DNA of 64,000 nucleotides from Callorhinchus milii. Lineage: Eukaryota. Below, one piece after another: positions 12,391-26,690 of this stretch. Location: NCBI RefSeq assembly GCF_018977255.1, contig NW_024704742.1:10542001-10606000 (forward strand), given 5' to 3'. A model generated the notes under the pieces. It saw only the letters and a list, made by a program, of their open reading frames with translations, made no database searches and was not told where the DNA came from. Positions within the stretch are counted from its first letter, which is position 1. The number at the start of each line of letters is the position of its first letter. Made by a program: the position numbers and the translations under genes.

Positions 12391-12469
12391 GTAAGGCTAC
12401 GCTTTCTGAAGAGTTTTAATTACTGATTACCAAAGATGAGAAAGTAGCTGTCAGTGACGTAAAAATTGA

Positions 12470-12700
12470 GTTTTAGATGGCAATGATGGTGTCCTTGAAA
12501 GCATGACTGATGACAGTGATTTAAACACTAGTGCTCCTGACAAAGAGACGTGGAATGAAGTATATCGGTTCACTTGTTGTGTAATGAGCGGCAGTTTTGG
12601 CATGTTGCAAATGCTTGGTGGGGCAACACATTATACTCATGAACATTCCTGCCGCATCCCTGAGGAACGCTGTGTGCTCAGGAACATTACCGCCACTTCT
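12470..12700 (+). pseudogene. PIF/Harbinger DDE transposase relic
   Basis: LKA*LMTV..ETWNEVYRFTCCVMSGSFGML..GGATHY..C..CVLRNI aligns with the Harbinger/HARBI1 C-terminal pattern WLMTP..YN..H..TR..IE..FG.LK..GG.L.Y..CCVLHN. Confidence 0.6.
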
Positions 12701-12869
12701 TGGGAGCAGCTGAAGGCTTCCAGACAACATCTGTCTGCAGTTGATTTGTGGCATACCTCAGGTAAAGCTCCACAAGGGCAATGGAATATGCCCATTGGAA
12801 TATTCCCCTTTTCTTGGTCTGGCCTCCTCTTGTTGGGTTAGTGTTTCATGGATGTTTGTTGCTGCCTCA

Positions 12870-13175
12870 CCCACTCCAAATGGCCATTGCTCATGTGTGA
12901 GCCTTTGCAGTCAGTATGTGCTGATCAGTTCTGTGCCTTCAATCACTATGCCCGGAAGCTCTGGAACCTTCTCCCTCAATCCCTCCATCTTGCCCCCTCC
13001 CTCCCCACCTCTAAATCCCGCCGAAAGACCTTCCTTTTTGATCGTGCTTACCGTTTCCTCTCCCCTCCCTCTCCCCCTGGCTCATTGTCAGACTCTGCCA
13101 TTGTGAAGCCCTCTGGGATGATACCCCAGGTGAAGGGTGCTGTATAAATGCAAGTTGTTGTTGTTGTTGTTGTTG
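12870..13175 (+). mobile_element. Old L2 3' end
   Basis: [22 protein letters not shown], (GTT)n tail. Confidence 0.8.
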
Positions 13176-13803
13176 GCTACAATACACACACTCAACCTGA
13201 AGAGGAACCAGGGGCAGGAACCTGGGCTTGTTTCCTCTTCCGTAACCTGGGAAGGTCACAACCCATTTAATCTCCCCATGCAACCCTGGCTGAAACCAAC
13301 AAGATCAGCACAAACTATCAGCAAGCTCTTGGTATGTAAGCTGCAACTCTATTCACGGTACCATTGAGCTGCCAATGGGCTATTTGATTATCAAGCAGCA
13401 TCGCAGTCCTAGTGAGCTGTCCTCATCCAGTGTCCAGAGAGGCTGTGTCCATCCCTAATGTTACTTCCAGCTGAAATCACGAAACAAGATTAAAAATGGG
13501 GCTTTTGGTTTGTATGGTACAGTTCCACACTGAACAGTCCAATGACTGAACTGTTAAGCAAGCTTTAATCCTGAATTATTTACATCTGGCTGTTTGACTT
13601 CTGATTTGGCTAAGTGCAACAAACTAAATGGCAGATTTCTGTTCTCAATTAAACACATTTTTTAATCCTTATATTTGATACAATGTCATTGAAATATCTC
13701 AAATCTCTACACAGGATTTTCTGTGAAGTGTAGTGGCTTTATATTTTATATGCGAATGCAGCAGCTAATTTGTGCACAATAATATCCCACAAACAGCCAT
13801 GAA

Positions 13804-14490
<687 letters not shown>

Positions 14491-15479
14491 ATAAATGATT
14501 GTTCAAGTTTATCTGGGGATTGTTGGCCAGGAAACTGGAAGAAACTCCAGTCTCTTTTTGAATGAAGTCTTTAACGTGCATCTGAACAGACAGAACCTTG
14601 GTTTAACTTCACATCACTAGAACATCATGATGAAAGAAGGTCCATCGTGACGATATAATGTTCCCCTCGCATTGCACCAGAGTGTCAGCCTAGACTATGA
14701 AATCAAAGTCCTGATTTGGGCTTGAACCCACAATCTGACTCAGAGTGCTACTAAGTCAGACTGACAAATTAATGCTTCCTTCTACATTCAAGGTTTAGTT
14801 TGATGTATTTAAAATGGATTCTCTTCTCCTGTTTGCTACTAGTTTGCCTCTGGGTATAGCAATACAGTGAATTTAGTCTTCCATCATGTTGTCAAGCAAA
14901 GCTCAGCTTGGTAGTCATCAGCCTGTAATGAAATCTCACTTTTCTGGCTACTTTTTCTCAGCCCAGCAGATCCTGTCATCCTGTGCTACAGTCCGTTAGT
15001 TGAAACCAAGCCAATCGTACAACCATGAATTGCTCTTCAGTCTAATGAGTCTATCGACCATTGTGAAAAATCTTTTGTCATTTTTCTTTTGTTGTGGCAT
15101 TGAAGAATGAGCCTTGTTTTCATTTTAATGTAAAATCTAATTTTGTCTTTCACCGACGTATTATTGGACTGCGAGGTGGAAATGGTTGGCAGATCTGTAA
15201 CTTTTCAGGCTGTAGCTCTCTTACTGAAGTCTCCCTGAAAGGGACTGCCAGTGGGAAATATCTCTTAATCACATTATTAACCTTTTATCCGCTGAATTAA
15301 AGTCTCTGCAATCTTGATGACAAGCAGAACTACTCTCTTTTCTACATTATAATAAAATATCCTCTTTTGCAAAGCAGGCAGCGATTCCCGAATGTACAAA
15401 GTGGGTATTGAAACTCCACCACCCTTATCCTCACCCATACTAAATTCCCTTCACCCCAGTCCTTGCCAGATTCTGCAAG

Positions 15480-15985
15480 CACTCTATTGCAGAACCAATC
15501 GATTTCAAGATCTTCACACTCATATACAAGTCACTTGATGCCCTCTCTACCTCTCCAACCTACGCACACCCCACTTCCCTACCCGGCCTTTTCACTCAGC
15601 TGGCTCCAGCCTACTGCACATCCCTCATCCTCTTCATGCCACCATCGGTGGCTGGGCTTTCAGCCACTACAAGAACAACAATTTATTTATATAGTGCCCC
15701 TCACGTAGGGCAGCGCCCCAGGGCGCTTGACAGTGACGGAGCACGATGCTGAGCTGGGGGAAGGTGGGGTTGATCCACTGTGCTCCAGGACTCTGGAACT
15801 TTCTAACTCAATCTCTCTGCCTTGCTCATCTTCAGATCACACCTGAAGACTTTCCACTTCAACCATGCCTACAGTCACCTCCCTTCTCTCCTCAGCTCTG
15901 CGTTACGTTCCACCATTGTTAAATGCTCCAGGATGCTACCCGGGTGAGGCGCGCTATATTAGTGCAAGTTCTTGTTCTTGTTGTA
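15480..15985 (+). mobile_element. Old L2 3' fragments, with an inverted tail piece at ~15670-15775
   Basis: ATCGATTTCAAGATC, GCTTTCAGCCACT, CTCTGGAAC and tail motifs. Confidence 0.65.
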
Positions 15986-16060
15986 CCATACAAGCTTTCA
16001 AAACTGGACAGGGTCAGGTGGGAAGCCAGCCTGTTATCTCTCTTATCTTCTCCTTATATG

Positions 16061-16432
16061 TGGAGCCCTGTAGCTCAGTGGTTTGAGCACTCGCCTCACA
16101 AATGAGAGGACCTGGGTTTAATTCCCAGCAGGGCGATATGTTGGGCAAGTTTCCTTACTCCATACGCCTCTGTTTACCTAGCAGTAAGTAGGAACCCGGG
16201 TGTTAGTCGATTGGCGGATCGCTTTTCCGAGGGTAATAATCCCTTCAAAATAAATAAAAATTTGAATAATAATTAGGTCACTCAATCCACGATTGTTTAT
16301 GAGACATTGCTATATGTAATTGGCTGTTGCATTTCGCCCACAAAATATACAGTCACTACACTTTACAGTATATTCTTGGAAACGCTTTGAGATGTCTCCA
16401 AGACGTGATAAGGTGCTATATCAAATGCAAGG

Positions 16433-16480
<48 letters not shown>
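16061..16480 (+). mobile_element. SINE family A, long subfamily, complete
   Basis: tRNA head, full central core, L2 tail, long (ATT)n. Confidence 0.92.
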
Positions 16481-16481
<1 letters not shown>

Positions 16482-19104
16482 GTGCTCTGTTCTCAGGCAT
16501 GGGAGAGAGAAAGCAAGAGGTGCAAATACTCTTTCCTGTCAAATGAGTTGTCAAACAAAGGGCATCAGTGGGGCTGTTAAAGTGTTCTTCGCTAGCATCA
16601 AATTGTACCTTGAAAAAGCCACAAGACACTATTTCATTGGATGTTTGTGGGACATTGATGTGCACAAATTGGCTGCTACATTTGCCCACAAAATACACAG
16701 TCACTGCGCTTTACAATATATCCTGTAAAGCACTTTGGGATGTCCTCCCAACACGAAAGCTGCTACATCAAATGTAAGGTCTATTATTATTATTATTGGC
16801 ATTTTATTATTTTTGTGAAAGCACGGGATGGACAGTCACTAACATTTGTCAAAGCAAAATTCCCAGCTGGTGTAGAATTTTATTTGATCAGATGAAATAA
16901 GCACATGCTTGTGGATCTGTTTGTCTGCATTGCAGAAGTGAAAGTCACATTCAAACACACAACAACTGGATTCAATGTGGGTTAAGGGATTTTGTTACTC
17001 AGTGGGTGTACCAGTTAGAAGAACTTAAGAACATTTTTTGAATTTCTGCCATTAATCAAACAGTTGTGAAGCTGTATTTACATTAAGCAAGCCCATCATG
17101 AGCAAAGGCATTCTGTAATTGTTCTCTATTGAACCATAATACAATGCAATAATAAATTCCAGTGACACTCAAAGAAGCTTATGCACTGCAGTAATGAATA
17201 CATTTTGTGTAATGTGGTAACTCCAGATTGGCTGCATAGTCATTTATTACCGTCTGCGCACTGAGAGAAAAAAATTCTAAGCCTCAAGTTTACTGTTGCT
17301 GTGATGATCAGCCTCAGGCTCATTTTGTCAGTGTGAAACATCTAACCAGTGCCTTCAATCCATTCAAATTCACTCCTGATGGTGAGTTCTCATTGCGGCA
17401 ATAACATTGGAATAACAGAAATTCAAATGGAAATTGGATACTTTTAAATGCATTTTGATATTAAAAGCTTAATGTGAGTCATCTAATTCCCCCCAGTTAA
17501 ATAGCATTCATCAGTCTCTCAGCCACCGAGGATCAGAGACTTAGAATTAAGTACCTTAATTACCACTCCTACTGGCAGCGTATTCTCCTTTTCATCAAGT
17601 GTTTAATTAAAATAAATGTTTTATGAGCTTTCAATACTGTTCTGGTTTATCTCATGTGCACAAGCACATTAATTTCTTGAACAATTACAAGCCCAGAGAA
17701 TGATTGTAAATATTAAACATAGTGTATTGTTATATCTTCAATTAGTGTTCAGCATGTTACATTAGCACAGATATTCAATGGATGAAGACCATGAAGTATG
17801 ATGTGTACATGTAGAGCAATGTGTATGATTGGGTTGGTGTGTTAAAGTGCCTCACCAGTGGGAGCAGTCCCTGGAAGTTTTCACAATGTCTTCTTGATCT
17901 TGTGACTGGCACTTTTACCACAAGGAGATACCACTAACCCCAGCAACAGTAAAATTGACTGTTACCAGCTCCTTCAAATCTTCAAGGAGGGGATTTCAGT
18001 GAAGTTTCAGTCAACAATAGTCATTGTTTTGATGATGACCATTCTCTGTGGAGTAATAGAAAATAGTGCACTTCTCAAATCCAGCCAAAGTGTGTGTTAC
18101 AATTATGGAGGGATTCACTGTGTTTATGTGTTTTTCTCAGGTTTCGGCATTGAGAGGCAGGGCTGGGTAGCACATTGTTGTGAACGCTCATCCTCCAAAC
18201 ACCTTTAGAAATAGGAAATATAGTGCAGCTTGAGCAAGTTACACAACATGGCAAAAAGTCAGGGGATAGAACTCAATATAGGCAAGGGAGATGGCAGACT
18301 GTGGAATATCATGTCACGTAAATAACAGACAGTTTCCTATAGGACATATCTCTGGAATTTATCTCTGGAATGTGTAGGTGGGATTCATGGAAATCTCAGT
18401 TTCATTTGGATACTCTTAAACATGATAATGGGTTTTCGCATGTGTCAGACATTCGGCTGACCCCCAAAAAATAAGAGGAGAGAGACTTGCAGTTGCCGAG
18501 GAGATGAGGACATTACTCGTAAGGGGATTTTCGAATGAAAGATTACCTGCTAAATTCTATCATTTCACTATGTGCCGTGACTATGTTTGCCAGCTATGAT
18601 TGAGGCACTACATTAACAATAGGTACTTAAATCGCAAAGTAACAAATCAAGGGCAACTTGTGATGTGACAATTATCATTTTGGCAAAAATACAGTCAAAA
18701 GCAGTCAATAAATATTTGACTGTCCCAGGGGGTGAGACATCCATTCTCCTTACATCAGCACAATAGTTGCTCAAAACATTGATGGCACATATCTGGTGAA
18801 GCGCTGTGTTCTGTAGTTGGAATCAGTGGCAGCCCCACACCGCCATTGCTATTAACAAAGATAGGGTCAATCTGTGTTTTGATCCAGCTTCAAGCCCAAA
18901 CATTGAGACAAATATTGGAGGATGAGCATTGTCATCTTTCCCCCCACCCCATTATCCTTCCTTTTGATCACGTGTTGTTCATATGTTTATTAATACATTA
19001 CAAGTTGTAATAATGTTTCTCCATGGTTCCTTTCATGGCTGTATGTGGAACATTACTGTGTGCAAATTGGAAGCCCACAAAATACACAGTCACTGCACTT
19101 TATA

Positions 19105-19478
19105 TTAAATAATAATAATGATAATCATCCTTGTATTTGACATAGTGCCTTATCTCGTCTTCTAGATGTCTCAAAGCGCTTCACAGAATATACTGTGAAG
19201 TGAATTGACTGTATAATTTCTGAGCGAAACGTGGTAGCCAATTGTGCACAGCAGCGTCCCACAACCTGTAGTGAATTGATTGACCAAATTATTATTATTT
19301 TATTTATTATTTATTTGCTTGATTTTAAAGGGATTATTATACCTGGAAAAGTGATCCGCCAATCGACTAACAATTGGTTTCCTACTTCCTGCAAGGTAAA
19401 CAAAAGGCGTGTGGAGTAAGGAAACATGCCCAACGTTTCGCCCTGCCCGGGAATTGAACCCAGGTCCTCTCGCTTGGG
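19105..19478 (-). mobile_element. SINE family A (long)
   Basis: Reverse complement of the 16061 copy. Confidence 0.88.
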
Positions 19479-20239
19479 TTACCATTCTCATTGTTAAGAT
19501 TAGGAGCTGATTTACTTTACAGTAAATCCTGTGATTTGAAAGGCATCAGGCAGTACACCTTCTGGCATCAAAAGTATTGATTATTAACATTTTTATTACT
19601 GTGGTTCCTGCGAATGTTGAACACCACAGAAATAATACCTCACTATATGGGCAGAGTTCAGGTCTCTTCACTTCACAACCATGGATATAACATTGGACAA
19701 ACTGCCTTTAGATTAGCACATTTGTGCGACTGTTAGCAATTCTGGCCTGCAATTTGTGCTGCTTTTTCAATTAACCTGTTGAAAATTGATTTCAATTCAA
19801 TGGATTTGTTTAATTGAGAAAACTAAGTGAAGGATTGTGGTCATTAGTGCACAAGACCAGAAGGCGAATCTAGAACTTTTGATGAATCTTACAAAAATAA
19901 GGGGGACAGACACGTGGAGGGACGTGTCCTGCTTACCTAAATCCGGAGAGCATGGGACCAATCTGCGCCTCATACTCTCTTGGATTAGGTAAACAGGATG
20001 TGTCCCTCTAGGGAGAGGCTGCGCATTGCACCCGAAATTTCCAAGTGTAGTTGGGATGCATGGAATTCTGTTTGATGTGGATGCTCTTAAGATGGTGATG
20101 GTTTTCCTCAAGTATCGGGCAGGCAAGAAAAAAAATACAAAAGTAAGTTATGCTTCACCAAAATTTGTACAGAAGCAACCAGGAACCAGGACTAGAATCT
20201 GTCCAGGATCTGAAATTTACATGGGACCATTGGAGCAGA

Positions 20240-20650
20240 TGGAAGTCTGTGGGTTCAAGCCCCATGTCAGGACTTTGAGCTCACAACCTCGGTTGACTCT
20301 GCAGTGCAATGCTGGGAAGGCTAATGGACTTTAAAGCTCCTAAGACATTATTTGAAAAGTTTTCCCCTGTGTCCTGGTGAATAATTCCCAAGATAAAATC
20401 GGTCATTCACTTCATAGGTGTTTGTGTGACATTGCTGTATGCAAATTAGCTGCCACATTCACTTACAAAATACCCAGTGAAATGCTTTGAGACATTTTGA
20501 TGACATGATATTCTCTCTGGTTTATAGGATTGATAAATTCATCGTGTTCAATGACTAAGCTGAAAATACTAAGGATAACTTAAGGTGGTCAAATGCAATT
20601 CATCGAATGAAATTCGTCAAATGCTATATCAAGTGCAAGGAATTTTATTC
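20240..20650 (+). mobile_element. SINE family B, degenerate
   Basis: TGTGGGTTCAAGCCCCA B box, GTGTCCTGG, shared tail. Confidence 0.6.
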
Positions 20651-20802
20651 TTAATATTTCATGCCGATACTCTTGTTTAAAGATCCCTGAAATAGTGAGA
20701 ACCTTGTGTACAACAGAGAGTGTCATGCTGGTAATAGTGTTACTGAGCTGGACTGTTTTTTCCTGCGTGGGGAGAAAGAAGGGGGAGAATTGGAGAGTGG
20801 TA

Positions 20803-20951
20803 TGACCTTGAGGCCACCGATAAATTTAAAAAGAGTAAGAAATAAATCAAGCAGCAGTGGTTGGGGAGCGTATAAAAAGATTGCAGGTTGCAGAAGGAAA
20901 GAAAGAAAGACAGAGGAAAATGGTGAAATGAATCCCACTGAAAAAGTACGT
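20803..20951 (+). promoter_or_regulatory. Candidate TATA promoter and short first exon
   Basis: TGACCTTGA (ERR/SF-1 type) 20803, GATA 20819, TATAAAAA 20871, ATG 20928 (MNPTEK), donor-like GTACGT 20946; motif evidence only. Confidence 0.25.
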
Positions 20952-23164
20952 CCATGTCAACTTCTACTTATTTGTTGAAGACTGCTCACTTGTGCTCAGC
21001 CTGCGCTCAGTCGGTTGAGTTTGTGACCTTATTGGTGCCTCACTGGAGGAGGCAGCAGCCAGAACCAATTCCGCATTGAGAGAATATGAACTTTGACTGA
21101 TAGGTGGAACAGAACTAATGACTTGTTCTCTGCCTCAGGCAGTAACACCTTCTGGCATCTTGCCAAAGGGCTGAATGTTTTTGTCCTGGCTTCAAGAGAT
21201 CTGCATAAAATGCTACCACATTGACATCGCTGAAGGGAGAGCCATCATCTTGCCTCAAGGGATCTGCATCAGGTTGTCCAGGATGTTAGTAAACATGGTC
21301 ACGTAAATAACAGACAGCAGACTTTGTGGCATTTTGACTGTCGCAAATTCTTCACAAAAATTGATGTACCGTAACGGCACCGTCAATAAAATCAAAGTGC
21401 AATGAAATTGTATTTCCACACCGACGACTGTGAGTGAATATATATTGGAATGTGATACTATACTTGTTTCAGCACCAGGTAGTGGACTATAGTATTACGT
21501 GTATATAGGTTGGGTGCTAAAACCTGAAGGATGGACCGGATCAAAAACAATCCAGTCAAGTTCAGACCTCTGCACATCAGGCTCTGCCACACAGTTGCTG
21601 TACGCAATTGGCTGCTGCATTTTGTCCACAAAATATACAGTCAATTCACTTTACAGTATATTCTGTAAAGCGCTTTGAGACAACAACAACAAGATTACAT
21701 TTGTATAGCACCTTTCACTTTGGGAGGATGTCCCAAGGCGCTGGACAGTGTACAGCATTTCAGACCCGAGCTGGGGTCAGGGAGGGAAGAGGGGTGACTG
21801 TGCAGAAGACAAGATGACGTACAATACCTGACTACTCTGCTGCCCTGGAACTCCTGAGGTTCTATTCCAATTGCACACTAAAGGTATAGACTTTAACAAT
21901 TGATGCTTATGATGACATTTTCCCCCAATCTAACTGCAAATCATTAACAACATACTCAAGCGGAATTATAGCAGAGACTCAACTGGCTGCAAGGTGACTT
22001 GCCTTTCAATGGAATACAGAATCAAGTGAACCCTCTGCACTGCCACGACTGTGGTGGCCGTCCAGTTAGTGAGCCAGGTAGGTCCACAGTATTCCACTGT
22101 GGAATGAGCCAGCAGGATTTGGATTTGGAGGAGAAGACCACTCAGTCATTTGGGTTGTCTTCCCAGTCGGCTCCTATGAATGCTGCAAACCAAAGGCCTG
22201 AAGGATAGTCCCTGCTGGACAAGCAGCAGGAAGCTTGCCAGACACTAATTGCAATGCATTTTTTTCTGATTAAATACCACCAGCAGTACCCCAACACACA
22301 CTCTCAGGTCACCTTGATGGGCCTTGACTCTTAGGCGTACATGGGCCTAATACCTTCCAGGATTAGATCGACAGGGAGAAAGAGCACACTTCATTTAACA
22401 ACAACAGCAGTTTACATTTACGGAATATCTCTCATGTCGGGAGGATATTTCAAAGTGCTTCATTCCAGAAAATTCCATGCATATGTTGAGCGTTTATTAG
22501 TCTGTTTCAGGATCCCCTAAAGTTTTCATATCTTCCATATGTGTCAGATACCTGGCTGACCAAAGAATGCTATTTAAGCCACTATACTGTGTGGCAAGGG
22601 AATCAATTACCCCTGATGTATGCTCCAAACATTGTTGATGCAACAGAATGATTTCCTTGTATGTAGGAGCAGAAGCATCTCTATTTGCATCTCTTTTTAT
22701 CTATGATTCTGTGGTCTCTCTCCTTTGAATTGTGAATGAAGAAAGAATAATTTGTCCTGATCTCACAGTACACCAGCCTGGAGCAATCTTACATAGAGAT
22801 GGTTGGAATGTAGAATTCTCTACCACCAACTGTTGCTGAAGCCAGAGACCATAAATTATTTTAAAGGATATCAGAAGATGTTTGAGAAAATGGAATATAA
22901 TGGAGAACGAGGAGGACAGTGGGATTAGAATACTTTACGTGGATCCAGCGGCTTGGGATGTGCTCGTGATGTGAAAGGCACTATATAAGTGCAATTTATT
23001 GTTGTGGATAAATACACAGTATGCACTCAATGAACTGAATGGCTTATATCTGTGCAGTGGCAATCTATTATTCTGTGTTGTGCTGGTGACAGTGCGGATT
23101 GCACAAGTATTACTGCAGATCACCCTGTTGCCCTGGTAAGACAGGCATTTGTTTTCATTTTAAA

Positions 23165-23345
23165 ATAATAATAATAATCCTTGCATTTGGTATAGCTCCC
23201 TATCACATTGATGAGACATCTCAAAGTGCTTCACAGGCTATATATTATAAAGTGAATTGACTGTGTATTTTGTGGTCGAAACGCAACAGACAATTGCGCA
23301 CAGTAGTGTACCACAAACAGTCGTGGATTGAGTGACATATTATTT
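23165..23345 (-). mobile_element. SINE family A 3' half
   Basis: TAATCCTTGCATTTG tail and body. Confidence 0.8.
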
Positions 23346-23499
23346 CGCGTCCAAAAGAATTGGGCACAAAATTAGGCGTCCAATTCTTTTTTCCTTCATT
23401 ATCTCCCTGTTGATATAAGACTCTCAGCTCCTGGTGCCCAGGTTTCTCATGCTGGGGTGCAATTTCCCGGGCACAAATTTCCGTCTGGTTTCAACCAGA

Positions 23500-23840
23500 G
23501 TCCTCTACCAACCTGCCCTCTCCCTCCACTCAGTGGGCTCCGGCCAGCTTCACATCTCCCACCTTGCCCACCCCACCATTGGCAGGTGGGCCTACAGCCA
23601 CTCTGCCCCCACCCTCTGGAACTTCATCCCGCAGTCCCTCCACCTCGCCCCCTCCCTTGCCTCCTTCAGGATCCGTCTCAAGACCCTCCTCTTCAACAGT
23701 ACCTTTGGTCACCCTCCTTCCTCCCCTGCCCTCCAACCTCCCTGATCCCAACCTCCAGCTCGTTCAAAACACTGTCCAGCAACTTGGGACGTCCTCCTGA
23801 TGTGAAAGGTGCTATACACATGTAATTTTGTTGTTGTTGT
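23500..23840 (+). mobile_element. L2 3' end
   Basis: PTIGRWAYSHSAPTLWNFIP..LKTLLF, stem-loop tail. Confidence 0.85.
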
Positions 23841-24012
23841 ATCTTGTTCCAGGTTCATATGTGAAGATTATCAATAAGTACCAACAGGACACTTCACATT
23901 AGCGGGCATCACGGAACCTGCCTGGCCTTTTCACACTTGACTGCCACACACATGCACTACCAATAGAGGGTACTGAAGAGGTACTGGGATGAGTAAACTG
24001 GCTGATTGGAAC

Positions 24013-25460
24013 AACTACAACAACAAAATTACATTTGTAAAGCGCCTTTCATGTTGGGAGGATGTCCCAAGGCGCTTGACAGATAGAGTTACAGACCTGA
24101 GCTGGGGGTCGGGGTCAGGAAGGGTAGAGGGCAGGGGGCGGAAGCAGGGAGATCGAAAGCATGGTCGAAGAGGGGTGAGGCGGAGGGACTGTGGGATGGA
24201 GTTCCAGATGGTGGGGGCAGAGTTGCCTGCCTGCCAATAGTGGGGTGAGCAAGGCGGGGGACGTGAAATAGGCTGGAGCCCACTGAGCGGAGGGAGCGAA
24301 CAAGATGGTAGGAAATTAGGAGGTCGCAGAGGTAGGGGGGAGCAAGACTGTGGAGGTGAGTACCAGGAACTTGAACTATATCCTCTGTGTGATGGGAAGC
24401 CAGTGGAGTTGAGCAAGGATGGAGGTGATAGGTTCGTGAAGCCTATAATAATAATAATAATAATCCTTGCATTTGATATAGCGCTTTTCACGTCGGGAGG
24501 ACGTCCCAAAGCGCTTCACAGAATATACTGTAAAGTGAATTGACTGTATATTTGTGGGCGAACGCGGCAGCCAATTGCGCACAGCAATGTCCCACAAACA
24601 GTCGTGGATTGAAAATGACCAATTTATTATTGTTTTTTTTTTTGGTTTTGGAGGGATTATTATTAGGGCTGTGTGTGGAGTAAGGAAACTTGCCCAAGGT
24701 TTTGCCCTCTGCCTGGAATTGAACTCAGGTCTCTTGCTTGCAAAGCAAGTGCTCTAACCACTGAGCTACAGGACTCCAATTGTGGGAGAGGGCATGGGCT
24801 GCAGAGTTCTGGATGGTCTGCAGCCTGTGGAGGGAGGATTTGGGGAGGCTGACAAGCAGTGAGTTTGCATAATCGAGCCTCGATGAATGAAAGCATGTAT
24901 GAGGGTTTCGGCGGCCTGTGGTGTGAGACAGTGGCAGAGCCGGGCGACATTGCGGAGGTGGGGCAAGGCAGAGTGGGTCATAGCGCAGATGTGGGGTAGA
25001 AAGGATAGTTGAGGGTCAAACAAGACCCCAAGGTTCCGGACTGGATTAGTAAGGTGGAGTGTGCAACCACTGATGGTGTTGCTGTCAGCACCTAAGGTGA
25101 GGAGGCGCTGACGGGGGCCAATCAGGAGAGCCTCGGTCTTGTTGACAGTCAACTGAAGGAAGTTAACTCTCATCCAGGACTTGATGTCCGACAGACATTC
25201 TGTCAGGACAGCAGTGGTCCTGGAGTCAAGGGTGGAGGTAGAGAGGTACAGTTGGGTGTCATCCGCATACATGTGGAAGTTGACCCCATGTCTGCGGATG
25301 ATGTCACCAAGAGGGAACATATAGATTTGAAGAAGAGGGGACCAAGGCCAGAGCCCTGAGGAACGCCGCACGAGATGGTCCGGGGGGTTAGAGGAGAGGT
25401 CGTTTGTGGAGATGAAGTGCAGGAACTTCCCTAACCCAGAGAGGACCAGGGCCAATTTCA
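24013..25460 (-). mobile_element. L2 RT fragment with tail, split by a SINE
   Basis: [16 protein letters not shown] in ORF 24766-25461; tail at 24013-24080. Confidence 0.9.
24446..24778 (-). mobile_element. SINE family A, short subfamily, young copy
   Basis: Near-consensus reverse complement of the 7204 copy. Confidence 0.93.
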
Positions 25461-25809
25461 TAGAATCATAGAATTATACAGCACAAAAGGAGGCCATTCG
25501 GCCCATCGTGTCTGTGCCGGCTCTTTGAAGAGAATTTGACCTCCTCAGGCAGCTCAGCTGAAACCAGCAAACTCACATTGACTGGGATTTGAGCCAGCAA
25601 ACTCACAATCCTAATAGAGCTGTATTTATAGCTGCCGGTTCAAATTCTGGCCTGAAAGCTGGAACTATACCCATTACAGCATTGTGACTGCCTCAAGGAA
25701 GGTGAGTGTGCTGAAGCCAGTGCTCGTGTATGTTCTTGGTTACGATGCTGATGATTGTACATGTGACTAGTGGTGATAATGTACAGGGGATCCTGACCCA
25801 GCCTGATCA

Positions 25810-26232
25810 GTAATAATAATAATGCCTATATTTGGTTTAGCGTCTTTCACGTCAGGAGGACGTCCCAAAGCCTTTCACAGGATATACTGTAAAATTCATT
25901 GCCTGTGTTTTGTGAAGGAATGCTGATTTGCACACAGCAATGACCCTCAAATAGCTATGAAATGAAGTACAAATTTTATTTGGGGGATTGTTGGACAGGA
26001 CATTGGGAGAAACTCAATTTTTTCGAGTAGTGCCATGGTGTATTTAACGTCCACCTGAACAGGCAGACGGGTCTCAGTTTAACGTCTCATCTGAAGAACG
26101 TCACCTTAAAACAGTGCAGCACACCCAAGCACTACATTGGAGTGTCAGCTTAGACTTTATTTCTAAGTCCCGATGTGTGGTTTGAACCCACAACCATCTG
26201 ACTTACGAGGCTAAAGAGCTACTAACTGAGCC
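25810..26232 (-). mobile_element. SINE family B, complete
   Basis: Deu-like TTTAACGTCCACCTGAACAGGCAGACGG..TTTAACGTCTCATC; B box TTTGAACCCACA. Confidence 0.82.
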
Positions 26233-26690
26233 GAGCCGTGCTGACACACACCGAGCCAGGCTGACACACACCGAGCCAGGCTGACACACACTGAGCCGGG
26301 CTGACACACACCGAGCCAGGCTGACACACACTGAGCTGGGCTGACACACACTGAGCTGCGCCGACACACACTGAGCTGCGCGGACACACACTGAGCCGGG
26401 CTGACATACACTGAGCTGCGCGGACACACACTGAGCCGGGTTGACACACACCGAGCCAGGCTGACACACCCTGAGCCGGGCTGACACGCACCGAGCCAGG
26501 CTGACACACCCTGAGCCGGGCTGACACACACTGAGCTGCGCCGACACACACTGAGCCAGGCTGACACACACTGCGCTGCACTGACACACACTGAGCCAGG
26601 CTGACACACCCTGAGCCGGGTTGACACTCACCGATCCAGGCTGACACACACTGAGCCGGGTTGACACTCACCAAGCCAGGCTGACACACA
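26227..26690. repeat. 20-bp minisatellite (CTGAGCCAGGCTGACACACA), ~23 units
   Basis: Contiguous period-20 units without spacers. Confidence 0.95.

Noticed and set aside
26227..26690. CRISPR-like array or Cys-rich ORFs (26203-26689)
   Set aside because: No unique spacers or cas genes, eukaryotic context; the ORFs are translations of the minisatellite
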